Of a DNA stretch of 64,000 nucleotides, positions 23,167-35,227 are shown in pieces. Each line of letters begins with the position of its first letter. The first letter of the stretch is position 1. Location of the stretch: positions 146,072,001 through 146,136,000 of the forward strand of contig OZ038378.1 in the NCBI GenBank assembly GCA_964036045.1, written 5' to 3'. Both the position numbers and the translations under genes were made by a program. Source of the DNA: Eutreptiella sp. 'Long Island Sound 2002' (taxonomy: Eukaryota > Protista > Euglenida). Under the pieces are notes generated by a model. That model was not told the origin of the DNA and searched no databases. It saw only the letters and a program-made list of their open reading frames with translations.

Positions 23167-24611
23167 CCATTGAACCAAGACCAAGGAGCCCTCGAACAAG
23201 GCGCTATCCAAGGCGCCCTTGGTGAAGGCACACTCTCGAGGCGCCCTTGATGATGGCCCAAGTGCCCCTATGCACAATGCCCGGGCGCCTTTGAAGAGGA
23301 CCAAAGCGCCCTTTCGAAGGAGCTCGCGCTTGAAACAAGGGCGCCTTGATGCCCAAAGGCACCAAACCTGAACGGAACGAAGGCACCTTGGCCTCCACCC
23401 ACACCCGGGCCTGTCGCTCACCCTTGACCTGGTTTGTGAATTTTCGGCGGACATACGTTGGACCTTCGGTCTCTGATTTTACAAAAAAAGAAAAGGTATA
23501 TGTGATTGCGGAATATAAATGGGGCATCAAGGCCTCAGGCCTGTGCAGTCTTGGGTGCTTGTGCACCTGAAGCTCGAGGGCGTCCACAGAATGCTCCGCC
23601 GTGCCCGAAGCATCCTCCTGTTGTCCGAGGCATATCTGTAATTGCGAAGAATAAATGGGACGTGCAGGCCACATAGTGCCTCCAGCATGTATAGTCATCG
23701 TGGGTGCTTGTGCAACTGATGCTCCATGGCGCCCGGATCATGTTCCACGTGCGTGATGTCAGCATGCAGTCGCCAAGTTCTTGACACACATACACAATAT
23801 CGCCTTTGCGACACCCGATACGGCACCCACGATGGCCATGCTAAGACATCCTCGGATTCTAAGCGAACAACGCGAAAACTGACATCTGTCGCTCGGTCTA
23901 GACCATGCTCTTGAGACCATCCTATGGGACGGAGTGGTGAACGTTGCACAACCCCATTTTGAAATATTTGGATTGCATTGTTGCGCACCCTAATTGGGCC
24001 CACAACGCCAATTCTGATGACATGGACGTCATCAAGTCGGACATGGCACACTACGGCGCTAGACCCGTGGGAACGGAGTCATATCATCTTCGTCACGTTG
24101 ATGCCTCGATGGTTGCACGGTGGAGTCCTCTGGTCCTTAAACCACTAGTTTCACGGAGTGGACAAGCTGTGTGCCTGATTCGTGAGGCCACCAAAAGGTA
24201 TGGTCCTAGCAGAAGCACTACTGGCCAAACTAGAGCTAGGTTTGCACACTAGGCTCGCTAAGTATGGAATACCACACATTGCCGTTGTACTTGTGGAGCA
24301 CTTGACATTAGTTGATGGTTGTGGTGGTGACAATCAAGCTTGAGGGGCTTGTGCGGCCATCATTTGTCCGTCAGGTTGTATGGGATGGGACAGGGTGGGG
24401 AGAGGATGCCCAAGCACCATTGAACCAAGACCAAGGCGCCCTCAAACAAGGCGCCATCCAAGGCGCCCTTGGCGAAGGCGGACTCTCGAGGCGCCCTTGA
24501 TGATGGCCCAAGTGCCCATCATGCACAATGCCCAGGCGCCTTTGAAGAGGACCAAAGCGCCCTTTCGAAGGAGCTTACGCTTGAAACAAGGGTGCCTTGA
24601 TGCCCAAAGGC
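23167..24611 (+). repeat. ~195-bp direct repeats (23167-23360, 24417-24611) flanking ~1.05 kb; LTR-like arrangement
   Basis: ccattgaaccaagaccaagg.gccctc.aacaaggcgc...cttgatgcccaaaggc present twice with high identity; the unit is rich in the aggcgccct motif. Confidence 0.75.
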
Positions 24612-26902
24612 CACACACACGGAACAAAAGGTTTATTGAGATCGCCCCTAGGCTAATTGCTCATGCTTTGGATGGAACTCTACATACTTGCTCTTCAAAG
24701 CAGCATGCTCGTGAAGGCGGTGTTCCTGTTGGCCTTTGCTTGCAACTGATTTACCGCCCAACGGAATTATCGGAAGTGGGGACTGACCCAGCCTTCGCTA
24801 TGAGTTCATATCGCCGTTCTGCTCACTGAAATACCTCCGTAGTTGACATACCACTAGTGTCACACGTCTCCTTGAAAGCCTTGATTTCGTTCCGTGCTAA
24901 ATCCAATGGACATTCAAGGGCTTGCTTTTCCTCGAGAAGGTTCTCATTCGTAACCACGAGGCATCAGCAGCCTTCGCACGTTCCTTACTTTCGCGAGCCT
25001 TTCTCATGCTCGATCTTGGCTGCCCTTTTGACCTTTACCAAGCACACCAAAGTTGAGCAACAAAAAGCTTGTAATTGTATTTCTCTTCTCTGTTCTCTCT
25101 TCCGAAGTGTTCTGGTTTCCGGAGTTGCTCGGGACCAATGCAAAATGACAGAGGCAAGGAAAATGCACACCCTCAAAGCATTCACAGCCATGGCACATAT
25201 CTTGATGGAGCTGCAGGATCCCCTCGGCGTGTTGTCTGCGCAACCCATGTGGGGAGGTTTCTATATGCCCCAAAACACCTTAATACAATCAGAAGTAACC
25301 AGGACCTCTGAGACCAATCTCCAAATCTGAACTGGCATGGCAGAGCAAACGGATTCGACACGTGGTATTCTTTTCTGTGAAATCACAATTTTGAACCCTT
25401 AAATCCTCGACCCCAAACACATTTAGACTCCTTAAATCGATTTAATGCTCTGTGCGCGCGTCCATTGTGAGGACTGTGTTGTGCGCGCGTTCTATTTAGC
25501 GTCTGTCACTAATCTTGCAATCATCCCTGTTCACAATTTAAGTCATGGGTAATTCAGTCAAGCCCTGCTTAGTCGTATTACACCCTTCGGGCCATTCAAA
25601 CTCTTGGGCATGGTGTGGTTCAAATTGTATGCTGGATGGGGTGCAGTGCATGGTTGGTGGGGTAAATTGTATGCTGGGCAGGGTAGACTGCATCGAGTTG
25701 CGCCATGCAGCGGTCACATGCACATTCTCACCAGGTCACTTCATAGCAAAAGCCCAAAATCAACTGGTGATGAATGCACATTTAGAAATATGGAAATTTT
25801 CGGATTTACGGGGAATAGAACAATACATTTTGGGCTGAGTGGGCCTGGGAGGCCTCCTGGGCTAGGACATGCCATTTTGGGCTGTAGTGGAACTGGGAGG
25901 CCTTCCAGGCAAGGGCATGCCATTTTGGCACAAGCACAACCAACACTCATGACCTCTCTCCTCCCATGCCCTTTGTCACCAACCCGCAGGGGGTTTGGTG
26001 GTCCATGCTGATGGAATGCATGCCCCCATCCGTAGCAGAGTCTCCGTATCACCACGGCATCCCTTTGAACGCTGAAGCACCAGTGGATGCCTCTGCAACA
26101 TGCAATTTCTGTGGAGGGTCCCCCCGGATGGGCATGGCATGGCACGGCACGCACCACTCTCCGCAGCACACGGCCTCCGCTCAAGGATGTGCAGCGGGGC
26201 CTCCCGCGCGGCGCGGCCCCATCCCCTCAGGGCTTCACCAGCGCACGAGGGACAGGGACCACGAGGCCTTCCGTCTTGGGCGCACCGGGGCCCTGTTGTT
26301 CTGCGCAGCTGCGAGGCACCATGGCCGGGTAGCCGATGGAGGAGGCCTGCGCGGGGGCTGGGCCGACACTGCCACATGCACATGCCGCTGATGCAGAGGG
26401 CCCCTCGATGCAGGTAGCAGCCTCCCCCCCCCCTTGCAATCCCCAGATCTGACCGTAAAGGGCGAGATGAACAGGGAGAGGGCAGGGAGCGAGCACACAA
26501 GACATTGGCTGTGCGGACGATCGGCGGATATTGGCTCGAACAATGGACAGTAGGCGGTGAAGGCCGTGGGGAGCAGGCGCGGCTGGAGCCTAATGCGGAC
26601 ATTGCAACCTGACCCATTGCAGCCCTTGCAATCCCCCCCCCCCGTGAGGTTGAGGGTGAGCAGAGTTCTAACCCGGTCTGCCCAAGAAACGTTCGAGAAC
26701 CGTGTGTGGTGCAGAATGGAGCAGCAGATGGAACTGATGGAGTGTGGCATATGGTCAGGACTTTGCTGGTTGTTTCAAAACCCGACGTCATGCCCTTGAG
26801 GGGCAAAAAGCATAGGAAATACTGGGCGCTGAAGAAAAAATTTCTTTCGCCTGTACGAGAACTGCTGCGGTTTTAGCTCTACCATTGTGTGGTGCAAGGG
26901 CC

Positions 26903-27047
26903 TGTAGTGAAACCTAGTAAAAGATTTTTTTAGAAAAAATTTTTAGAACATTTTTTTAATAGGTTTTACTACATTTTACTAGGTTTTACTACATTTTACT
27001 AGGTTTTACTACATTTCACTAGGTTTTGCTACAGCGCATACTAGGTT
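26903..27047. repeat. 20-bp tandem repeat (taggttttactacattttac, ~4 copies) with an inverted copy upstream
   Basis: Tandem units from 26960; tgtagtgaaacctagtaaaa at 26903-26922 is the near reverse complement of one unit. Confidence 0.8.
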
Positions 27048-27613
27048 TCACCACATGCCCTGTGGTGCAAGCCCCCCACCCCAAAGGGGGGGGGGGGGAT
27101 CGTCACTTCGTGACCGTCTCCCCGCCTGCCCCATTGGGGGGGGGGGGGCGTCACGGCATTGGGTTGAGGATGTCAGAGGCGGGGGGGGGGGGGGGGCGAG
27201 GTGGCAGCCCCCCAGTCTGTCCTGGGCACAGGGCCCCAGCCGGTGGATCGAGCGTGCTGAGGCGGGAGGGGCCTGGTCGGCGGGGCGTGTCGGCCGGTCA
27301 AGACAGTACAGCGGGGACAGACCACAGGCACGCAGAGTGCGTGTACCCGGAAAGCAGGGCCTTTACCTGCCCCAACCCCCTTCTTCTTCCGTGTGACCAC
27401 GGCGCTTGTCCGAGCAGCACGAGGGGGTGGTCCGCGACCGTTGGAACTGGGGGACTTGGGGGTTTCCTTTTGGTGTTGGTCTGTGAAGAGCAGGTTTGCC
27501 CTGTGGTTTGCTGGGGGATGGCATTTCAGGGATGCCGATGGACTGTCCCGCCACTTTGTTGCCCCCTCCCCCTTCAGTAAACCCCCCCCCCTTGTATGAG
27601 CTACGTCAAAGTC

Positions 27614-27918
27614 CCAAATTGATACGGTCCCTATGCCTACTGTAGTCTGGAGAAGGCCGTGGCTTACGCGTACCACACACATGGTGAGCTGGTGCGAGAA
27701 AGGGGAATATAATGCACAAATATCCCCAAAATCAGAGCTGTGTGGGTTCACATGGGTAAACAGTCACAACACCTGTGTCCATGACGCTATGCAACTGGCA
27801 AATTTGGCACCAACCCCATGTCTTACGTGGCTGCACTACATTTGCACCGAATCACATTAGTTACCAAATTGATACGGTCCCTACGCCCGCTGTAGCTTGG
27901 ACAAGGCCGTAGCTATTA
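27614..27918 (+). repeat. ~55-bp direct repeats 250 bp apart
   Basis: ccaaattgatacggtcccta.gcc..ctgtag..tgga.aaggccgt.gct at ~27614 and ~27864. Confidence 0.75.
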
Positions 27919-27940
27919 CAGGCAGGGGGGGGGGGGTAAC

Positions 27941-27961
27941 CTGAGTGTCTATTTTTTTTTG
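27941..27961 (+). other. Relic of the euglenid spliced-leader (SL) exon
   Basis: CTGAGTGTCTATTTTTTTTTG versus the 3' 21 nt of the Euglena SL (CTGAGTGTCTATTTTTTTTCG): 20/21 identical, the mismatch being C>T in the terminal CG. Not followed by a GT donor. Confidence 0.8.
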
Positions 27962-29712
27962 ACATTGGCGAAAGGCGCCTAGGACAGATCAGCCTTGATC
28001 TCTTTTTGGCTGTGCATGCTGTTGCTTGCGCAATTTCTCTGAGCGCAATCACCACTTGACACACTCACGTGTCACTGCACGGGGGGGGGGGTACGTCACA
28101 TTGATGCACCTCCATAGACATGGTGGTCTGGGCCTCGGCAGTCTCTTCACGGTGCGTGCACACAACGCCCTCTGTCAGTTGTTTTCGGTGGTGCTTTTAC
28201 CGTTGTTCTCGCCCAAAGGGCGGGGGGGGGGGAGGTATGTGCAGCGCCACAGCCTGTCCCCTTCTGCGCACCCGCCTCATGTGCGCCGTCTCAGTCCCAC
28301 TCCACACAGACCACCGTGGTACTGCCGTTGGTGTGTCTGGTCGCCGTCGTGCCCCGACCCAATGTCCCGGGCCGCACTCCGGCTCCGTGTGCCGTACCGC
28401 AGCCCCCGCCATGTGCCTGGCTGTGCTGCCTTCAACGCCCGGCTGTAGTTGTTCTCTGCGAAGGGAATCGGCGATGACTGTCTCCTAAGTTGGGTTCCCA
28501 CCGGCCCAAGGGCTGAAAAAAATTGCCCCATAGTTTGCAATTGGCCTTATCACATTTACATTGGTTTTTTGTGGGCCCCAAAGTGGGGTTATGACCAATA
28601 ATAGGTCAAATTGGCCTCCAAACAGGTTGGTTGAATTTTTTGCAAAAAATCCCTCGTGAAGGGAATTGGCGATGACTGGCAGTCCCGCTTTGTGCCCCGT
28701 GCTGTAGTCTCGGAGGGCACGGGGCAGGAGTGCAGCGGGGCATATGGCGCAGGACTGCATCACGGGGCTGGGGGCTACTGAGGGCGGGACCTGAGAAGGC
28801 TTATGAAGCAGGACTGCAGTCGGGGTACGCGGGCTCACTACCCACGTGGACCAGTGCAGCAAGGCGCCCGAAGTGGCACATGGAGCAGAAGTTCATCATG
28901 GCCCATCGGTCGGGGCTGTGGTCTGAGCTCGGGGATGACGATGGTGATGCGCCAGGAGAGGGTGACGACAGGTCTACAGATGACGGACATTGAGGAAACA
29001 CAGGATCAGGGCACTGCAAGACGAGGGTCTGTGGCAGGGTGAGCAGCATCACAAAATGGGGCGGCTGGTTTTGATGGGTTGCATATTCAGGCGTACAGTA
29101 GGAAGCGGGGCACTCACTGGAAACAGAAAACACATGCAGATTGGAGCAGTCGCGTTCCGCTGCATCCGTTGGTGACAGTATAAGATTTTCAAGTACACAT
29201 CCCACCGTCCTCTGACGGCAGGTGGGTCCTCCACGCGGGATCATATGTGTTGTCCCTTAACTGCCACGCAGATCCGGTCCGTCTGACCAAACGCTCACGA
29301 GGCACATGTAAGTCTGAGCAATGAAAAAAAAGAAAATACTGACGGCTTGGGGCACGTGTGCAGCGGCTCCAAGAGTAGTGCGGAGCAGACGAGACACACA
29401 GATTGAGGGTGCAGTGGGGCTCATGGGGCAGGATGGCAGCGGGGATGAGGCGTGTTGAGTGGGACTGCAGGCGCGCACCTGCGGCCCAGCGGGGCCGCAG
29501 CACTGCATCGTGTTGCATCCCGCAGTAGTGCCGCAGGGTACATGGGGGACTGCCCCCCCTGTGCATGCGGCAGGCCGGCATGCGTGCGCATGGCACCGGA
29601 CCACCGCGGGGCACGCAGAGAGACACTGCAGGCGGATACAGCGAGCAATGCCTGTCATAGGGTGACGAGGGGCGGGGGAGAGCGGTATTGCAGAAGCGGG
29701 GCTTGAGCAGGG

Positions 29713-29963
29713 GCTTTTTTAGGGGACAATTTTTTTTAGTTAAAGAACCTGGTCTTGGTCCAGTAGCATTTTTTCTCCAACCGCCATCGGTTACTCCCCA
29801 ATCGCCGTCAGTTACCCTCCAACCGCCGTCGGTTGCACTCCGACCGCCGTCGGTTGCACTCCGACCGCCGTCGGTTACCCCTCAAGTGCCATCGGTTGGA
29901 GCTGTGCATTTTACTGACCACCGGACACACCAGCTTTTTTTTTTCTGAATTGAAAAACCCCAT
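29713..29963 (+). mobile_element. 251-bp insertion with ~21-bp internal repeats, flanked by a 14-bp direct repeat
   Basis: gggcttgagcaggg at 29699-29712 and 29964-29977; interior accgccgtcggttgcactccg-type units at ~29780-29900. Confidence 0.65.
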
Positions 29964-30101
29964 GGGCTTGAGCAGGGCACCGCGGGCAGAATCGGGAGTG
30001 GGCCTTCGGGAGCAGCGCCCCCTCATTGTGCCCAGGTCCCGCACGCACCGCCGTCTCCAGAGGGGCAGCCGCCCCCCACCGCACCGCCCCCGCCGGTGCA
30101 G

Positions 30102-30449
30102 TGCGGGGGGGGCTACCAGCCCCGCTTCCCCGCGGGCTACCGGGCGCTCTACCGCCTGGGGCAAGGGGCCCAGGGCGTGGTCTACCAGTGCGAGTGCGCC
30201 CGGAGCGCCCGGAAGGTGGCGGTCAAGCAGTTCTTCATGAGGACCCCGGCGGACGCCCGCAAGGCCTACCGCGAGCTGCGGATCCTCGCGCACCTGCAGC
30301 CGAGCGCCCGCGTGCCGCGGGTGATCGAGTGCACGCAGCAGCAGGGCACCGTGTCCCTGGTCATGGAGCTGATCGACTGCAACTTGGCGGAGGCCCTGCG
30401 AGGGGGCGCCATCCGGCAGTACTACGTCGTCCGGTTGATCCTGCTGCAG
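30102..30449 (+). CDS. MAPK-like (CMGC) Ser/Thr kinase, N-lobe exon
   Basis: LGQGAQGVVY (Gly loop), VAVK, AYRELRIL (alphaC Glu) and LVMELIDCNL. Acceptor gtgcAG at 30100-30101; donor CAG|GT at 30450, phase 0. A possible first exon 29590-29661 (ATG..AGG|GTGACG) is unproven. Confidence 0.85.
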
Positions 30450-31338
30450 GTGCTGCGCGGCGCCAGTGCATGCCCACCCCCCCCTTCTGCCAGGCCTGGG
30501 GGGGCGGGACATGGTGGGGTCATGGTCTTAGGGACGCCCGTGGAAGGGGGTGGTGAGCTGACCCAGACAGCCCATGGAATGGTCACATGGTCACATGTCT
30601 CGAAAGGCGTTCCCCCACGTGCCCCACAACCTCATCCTTGGATCCAGCAAGAGAGCCTTTTTTTTGTAAACAAAGCGTTTTTCGATGACAGGTGTTCACT
30701 GTTCTTCGATCAGGGAACACCATCAACGCAAAGGGGCTGAAGGGGGGGCACCTGCCGCGGCGCGCGCGCGGAGCGGAGATTTGGCGACCTATCCCTACCA
30801 AGGAACGGTGCCTACCACCAACGGGTTTTCTCTTCGTAGGGGCCGTTTTAGGATGGGGAAAGCCTAGTCCGTTCCGGGAAAACACGCCGTCCTGTATTCC
30901 ACAGCTCCCAATTCCCTTGATGGGCAGTCACGACATGAAGAATATGCTGATCTTTGCCTGCACATGGTCATGCTGCCCTGTTGTGACCGCGCTGGTGCGG
31001 TGAGGTATGGGCACATTTTGCTACATCCCTGTTTTTAGTACCGCTCATCACACAAGCATGGCCTTATCTAAGCACGGGCCCCCTGTCTGACCATTGTTTT
31101 GCTGACCTTCAGCGTGCTTGTGCAAGGGGACGGGGGTACCGTCGTCCATTGGCCCCCACCCTCGTCCCTAGACCCCCAAACTGCCGGGGGTTGTTGGCCA
31201 CGTTGTGTCATTCACACCCCCAAAACACGATCACGCGACCCCCTCCACCGCTGCTAACCCCACGAGCCCCATGAGCAGGGGTGATGTCGGATGCCGCCCC
31301 AGGAGCGCTGTGTCAGGTCCGCCGGTCTTGTGTCGCAG

Positions 31339-31795
31339 GTGCTGCAGGGCCTGCGGTACATGACGCAGTGCGGGATCATGCACCGGGACCTGAAGCCCGC
31401 CAACCTCCTGATCCGCGAGGACTGCCTGGTCAAGATCTGTGACTTCGGGATGGCCCGCGCCTCCAAGTTCCCGGACGCCTGCGGCGGTCTGGAGGCCCTG
31501 ACCACCAACGTCATGACGTGGCCGTACCGGTCCCCGGAGGTCATCCTGGGCCTGCCCTACGCCTGCGACACCGTCGACTCCTTCTCCGTCGGCGTCATCT
31601 TGGGGGAGATGCTGCAGAGCCTGTGCCACACCAAAGCGGAGCTCCGGGGGCTCCCCCTGAGCCGGCTGCTGCTATTCCCTGTGGACCGGGACGACCGGCG
31701 GCCCCGAGAGATGTGGATTCAGGAGCACCTGCGGCTGATCTTTGGGCTGATCGGGAGGCCCACGGCGGAGCAGTTGGAGGAGGTCGGGGCCACAG
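31339..31795 (+). CDS. MAPK-like kinase, catalytic exon
   Basis: IMHRDLKPANLL, VKICDFGMAR, TTNVMTWPYRSPEV and DSFSVGVILGEM. Acceptor tcgcAG at 31337-31338 (phase 0, matches upstream exon); donor CAG|GT at 31796 (phase 1). Confidence 0.92.
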
Positions 31796-32139
31796 GTGTG
31801 GCACGTCTGGGACGGGCTGGTCCACCGCCCGTCCCCGCCTCTCTGTCGTGCCACTGCCCCCCTGTCATACCACTGTCCCCGTGCCCCCTTGGCACACCCA
31901 AACCACCAGCACAGGCACCACAACATGCAGTGCGATGTGGTGCCCGGCCTCTCGTGTGTGCCCTGGTGCTTCCGGCCCAATGCATGTCTGGGATGACGAC
32001 GGGATGCCTCATGGCACACCGTTGTGTAGATGATCCGAACCAAAGACGCCCCAGTTTGGCGAAATGATTTTGCGAGCGGGTGGTTCGGAAAACGGTTACA
32101 CGGGTGACGGTGATGTAGCATACCGGAAATACACCGCGC

Positions 32140-32450
32140 ACACACAAACCGCGGGTTCGAGCCCCCGTCGGTCTGCCATGGAGCCGTTGCTTTTACCTTT
32201 TGGTGCTGGGACATTGGGGGTGGCCCCTGCATGGCACGCCTGACGGGCACAGTGGGAGGGGGAAGAGCTGACCCAGACAGGCCAAGAAACATTCGATAGC
32301 CGCTACCCACGGCCAACTCAAGGCAACATTCGGCCCTCGTCTGAGGTATGCTGCGGTGCAGCAGGTCAACCAATGAACTGAGGTTTGTGGCAATGACCAT
32401 ATGCCTGTGACACGGGGGTGTATGCGAGCTCTGTATCCGTGGCTTCATGG
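32140..32450 (+). mobile_element. SINE-like repeat, copy 2 (kinase intron 2)
   Basis: Same blocks as 12690-13010. Confidence 0.65.
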
Positions 32451-33676
32451 CCCCTTGCATAGTAATCGCCCGTGCGTAGTAATCAGGGGGGCGAGGGAAC
32501 CGTCGCTTTCCGTTTTGCAAGTTTACGCAGAAGGTTGGATACTGAGCTTCTCCAGTGCGTTTGCTGGCTGGCCAAGGTGGTATTATTGGTGCATTGCTGT
32601 GCACTTCAGGTTTCTTGCCTCCAAGGCACTCCGCGTACCCTGTATCATGCAGAACACTTCAGTTTTTCGTAATTTCAGTCATGGATTAGGCAGAAAGACA
32701 AGGCACCATGAGATGGAACGAAAGCCTTGTGCATGGATTGTAGCATGAAGGCACAAACGGGACATCATGACCAAGAAGATGTGCTTTGCTTCGGCCAGGA
32801 AACGGGACAGTGCGTCAGACACTGAGCTTGTGTAGGCAACGAATGCGCGTGGTGTATGGGGACTGGCAAATGTTTTTGCCAATGGAAAATTGTATTTCAT
32901 GTGCGATGTTCCTGAGGCAAACTGCTTGCCACAAGGGCTGGAGCCCCCTGCCAAGCCCCCTGCCAAGCCTCCTCCCAAAGCTGCCAAACCTGGTGCCAAC
33001 CCCCCACCCAAGAGTGCAGCCAAACCTGCAGCCCAGGTGGCAGCCAGGCCTGCAACCCAGCCTGCACCGGAGAGCCCATTCGCGCAGCCCTCGCCGAGCA
33101 TGCGCAGCTTTTCAGAGTCAAATACCCCCGCCAGAAAAACCGTCACTTGGGGTATGTTCCCTCGCGGGGTGCGGGGATGCTGTCACGCGCAGGCGATTAC
33201 TATGCAAGGAGGAGGGGGCGTACCATGCACCTGACAAAGTGCCCCACACGATCCTACCGCAAGAAAAGCCGCACAACGACGTTCCATAGAACGCTCTTGG
33301 GTGAACCCGTTGGCACGGGCAAGACTGGGCTGTGTAATGTGGCTTTTGGCATTCACAGGGTCCATCCCCCCGCGGCAAGTGTCAAGACAGTGTTTTGCAT
33401 CCTCCTCCTCCTCCACCACCACCTCCTCCCCCCCGTCCAGAGATTTGTAATTATTTGCAATTGGAATAGCCATTTGGAATGGGCTTTATATCCATAGGCA
33501 GGGACCGCCCTCTTTTTGTTGTGATCTCTCATAAGTGGAAGATGAGTGGGGACAGTCGAGTGCCTGGAGCTCTCCTCCGTCCTTTGTCGACTGTTATTTT
33601 TTTTTTTTGCTTGTATGCCACGGAGGGTTTCAGGTCGTGGGGTCATATGGACTGATAGAGAGGCCCGCCGGGAGCC

Positions 33677-33898
33677 GTGCACCGCAATATTTTAAATGTA
33701 GATGCGGCCCCGTGCACTTGCTTGGGCTTTCGAATTGGCATATTTGTGCCACCAGCCGGTATTCGTTATTATAAATGCCCTCCATGGATTAATTCTTTGC
33801 AGCAGGCAGAGTTCTATGCCATTGTGCAAGCCTATAAACTTGCTCGTTACATGAGCTGGAGCAGGGTGGCGGTGCGCTCCAACAGCTTTCGTGGCTAG
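33677..33898 (+). mobile_element. RNase H-like relic resembling DIRS/Ngaro (tyrosine-recombinase retroelement) RNase H
   Basis: VDAAP..(~25 aa)..WINSLQQAEFYAIVQA..V.VRSNS parallels the D..E..D spacing TDAS / IN.LEL.A / V..DN. Isolated fragment. Confidence 0.45.
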
Positions 33899-34380
33899 AC
33901 ACTAGCTTGTGGGACAAAGATGTGTGGCGAGCTTGCCAGTGCAGAACTGAATTGTGTGTCGTTTTTTTCGATGGCTTTGGTGGGCAGGTGTAGCGGTGTC
34001 TTGCTTTTGCGTGCTGTCCAAAATGAACCCAGCAAACCCACTGAGTAGGAGGCGGATTTATGATGGACGACATGAATGTCAGTCGGCAGCAATGAGACTT
34101 TATGAGTGGTGGAGGGAACTAGAATTATCGTTCCCTTGTTTTGCGAGTTTTCCCCGTTCCCGTGGAGAAGAGAGGCCAAGTGACCTCTGCCTTTCCTGTT
34201 TTCTGCAGTTTTTGATTTTGAGCCGGTGCGCCTTGATTACTGTTGGTGTCCCTTTGGTTGCTTTTCCAGATGTGTTTATTAGTTTCATCTGAGCACGGTG
34301 TACAGTCGCTAGCGGTCGGTGGTTGCGGTGGTGGTCTGAAGTAGCCTTTTTGGGATGTGGCCGATTCCAAGGAGTAGGAG

Positions 34381-34790
34381 TGGCAGGTGTTTGCTGTGGA
34401 CGCTACATGTACCAATCGACAGTAGCTGGAGCCTGTGCTTGTCGGGGTTTGCGTGAAATTTTCTAAAAATTGATGTTTCGCAGAGAAACAAAGGTTTTTG
34501 GCTGTAAATGGAACCCCCTTTCCTTGAAGTGCAGATGGCTGACAAGTTTGAGCTGAACAAAGTTGACCCGGGTGTTACCCTGTTTTCGTGTAATTTGTTA
34601 TAACACCGCATGTGGCTGGTGGGCCTACCCACCGACCCAGTTTGTATCGTACCCTGTTGTGCAGGGTTAACAGGACTCTGTTCCTTGGTCAAGGACCTGG
34701 AGTATGCCTGTGTGGCAAATGTTTGCTGTGCACACCACATGTAACAATTGACGACAGCTGGGGCATGTGCTTGTCGGGGTTGGGGTGACA
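34381..34790 (+). repeat. ~75-bp direct repeat pair
   Basis: tggca..tgtttgctgtg.ac.c.acatgta.caat..acag...gtgcttgtcggggtt at ~34381 and ~34713. Confidence 0.6.
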
Positions 34791-35227
34791 TTTACTAAAA
34801 ACAGGGGTTGGGGGGGGGCTTACAGTGGCAGTCCATTGAACGCGCGCGTGCTTTTCTTATTGTTGGCGCAATCGATTTCATTTATAATTGTGTTTTGACC
34901 TCGACGATCTCTGCCCACCAACGTTTCTTATGGTTTGTCATTTCGTTTTCCGCTGCCACTTCTGTGTCCCGCAATGGGCTTGTACGGTGGTATTAAGGTT
35001 ACTTAGTACCACCCCAGGGGATGGGCTGGACCGTCTTCCCTAGAGGGGGGGCGGGGGACAAACGGGGGGGCAAGTACTTTGAGATGTAAGTGAAGTGGTC
35101 TCTTGACACATTGCGGCAACACAGCGAAACACACAATAATGACATGGTTGACCCCCCCCCCCCGCCACTCCGTGCAGAAGTAGGATTGTGGGGCATAGAG
35201 GGTGCACCGGTCCGTCCCTTTGCACAG

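Noticed and set aside
27941-28060. SL RNA gene
   Set aside because: The leader lacks its 5' bases and is not followed by the GT donor and SL intron.
28730-29042. Acidic ORF (SELGDDDGDAPGEGDD) as a kinase 5' exon
   Set aside because: Stops in frame, and no compatible donor or acceptor pair could be established.
32770-33234. Pro/Ala/Lys-rich ORF in the kinase intron
   Set aside because: Low complexity, upstream in-frame stop, no convincing splice sites and no recognisable domain.
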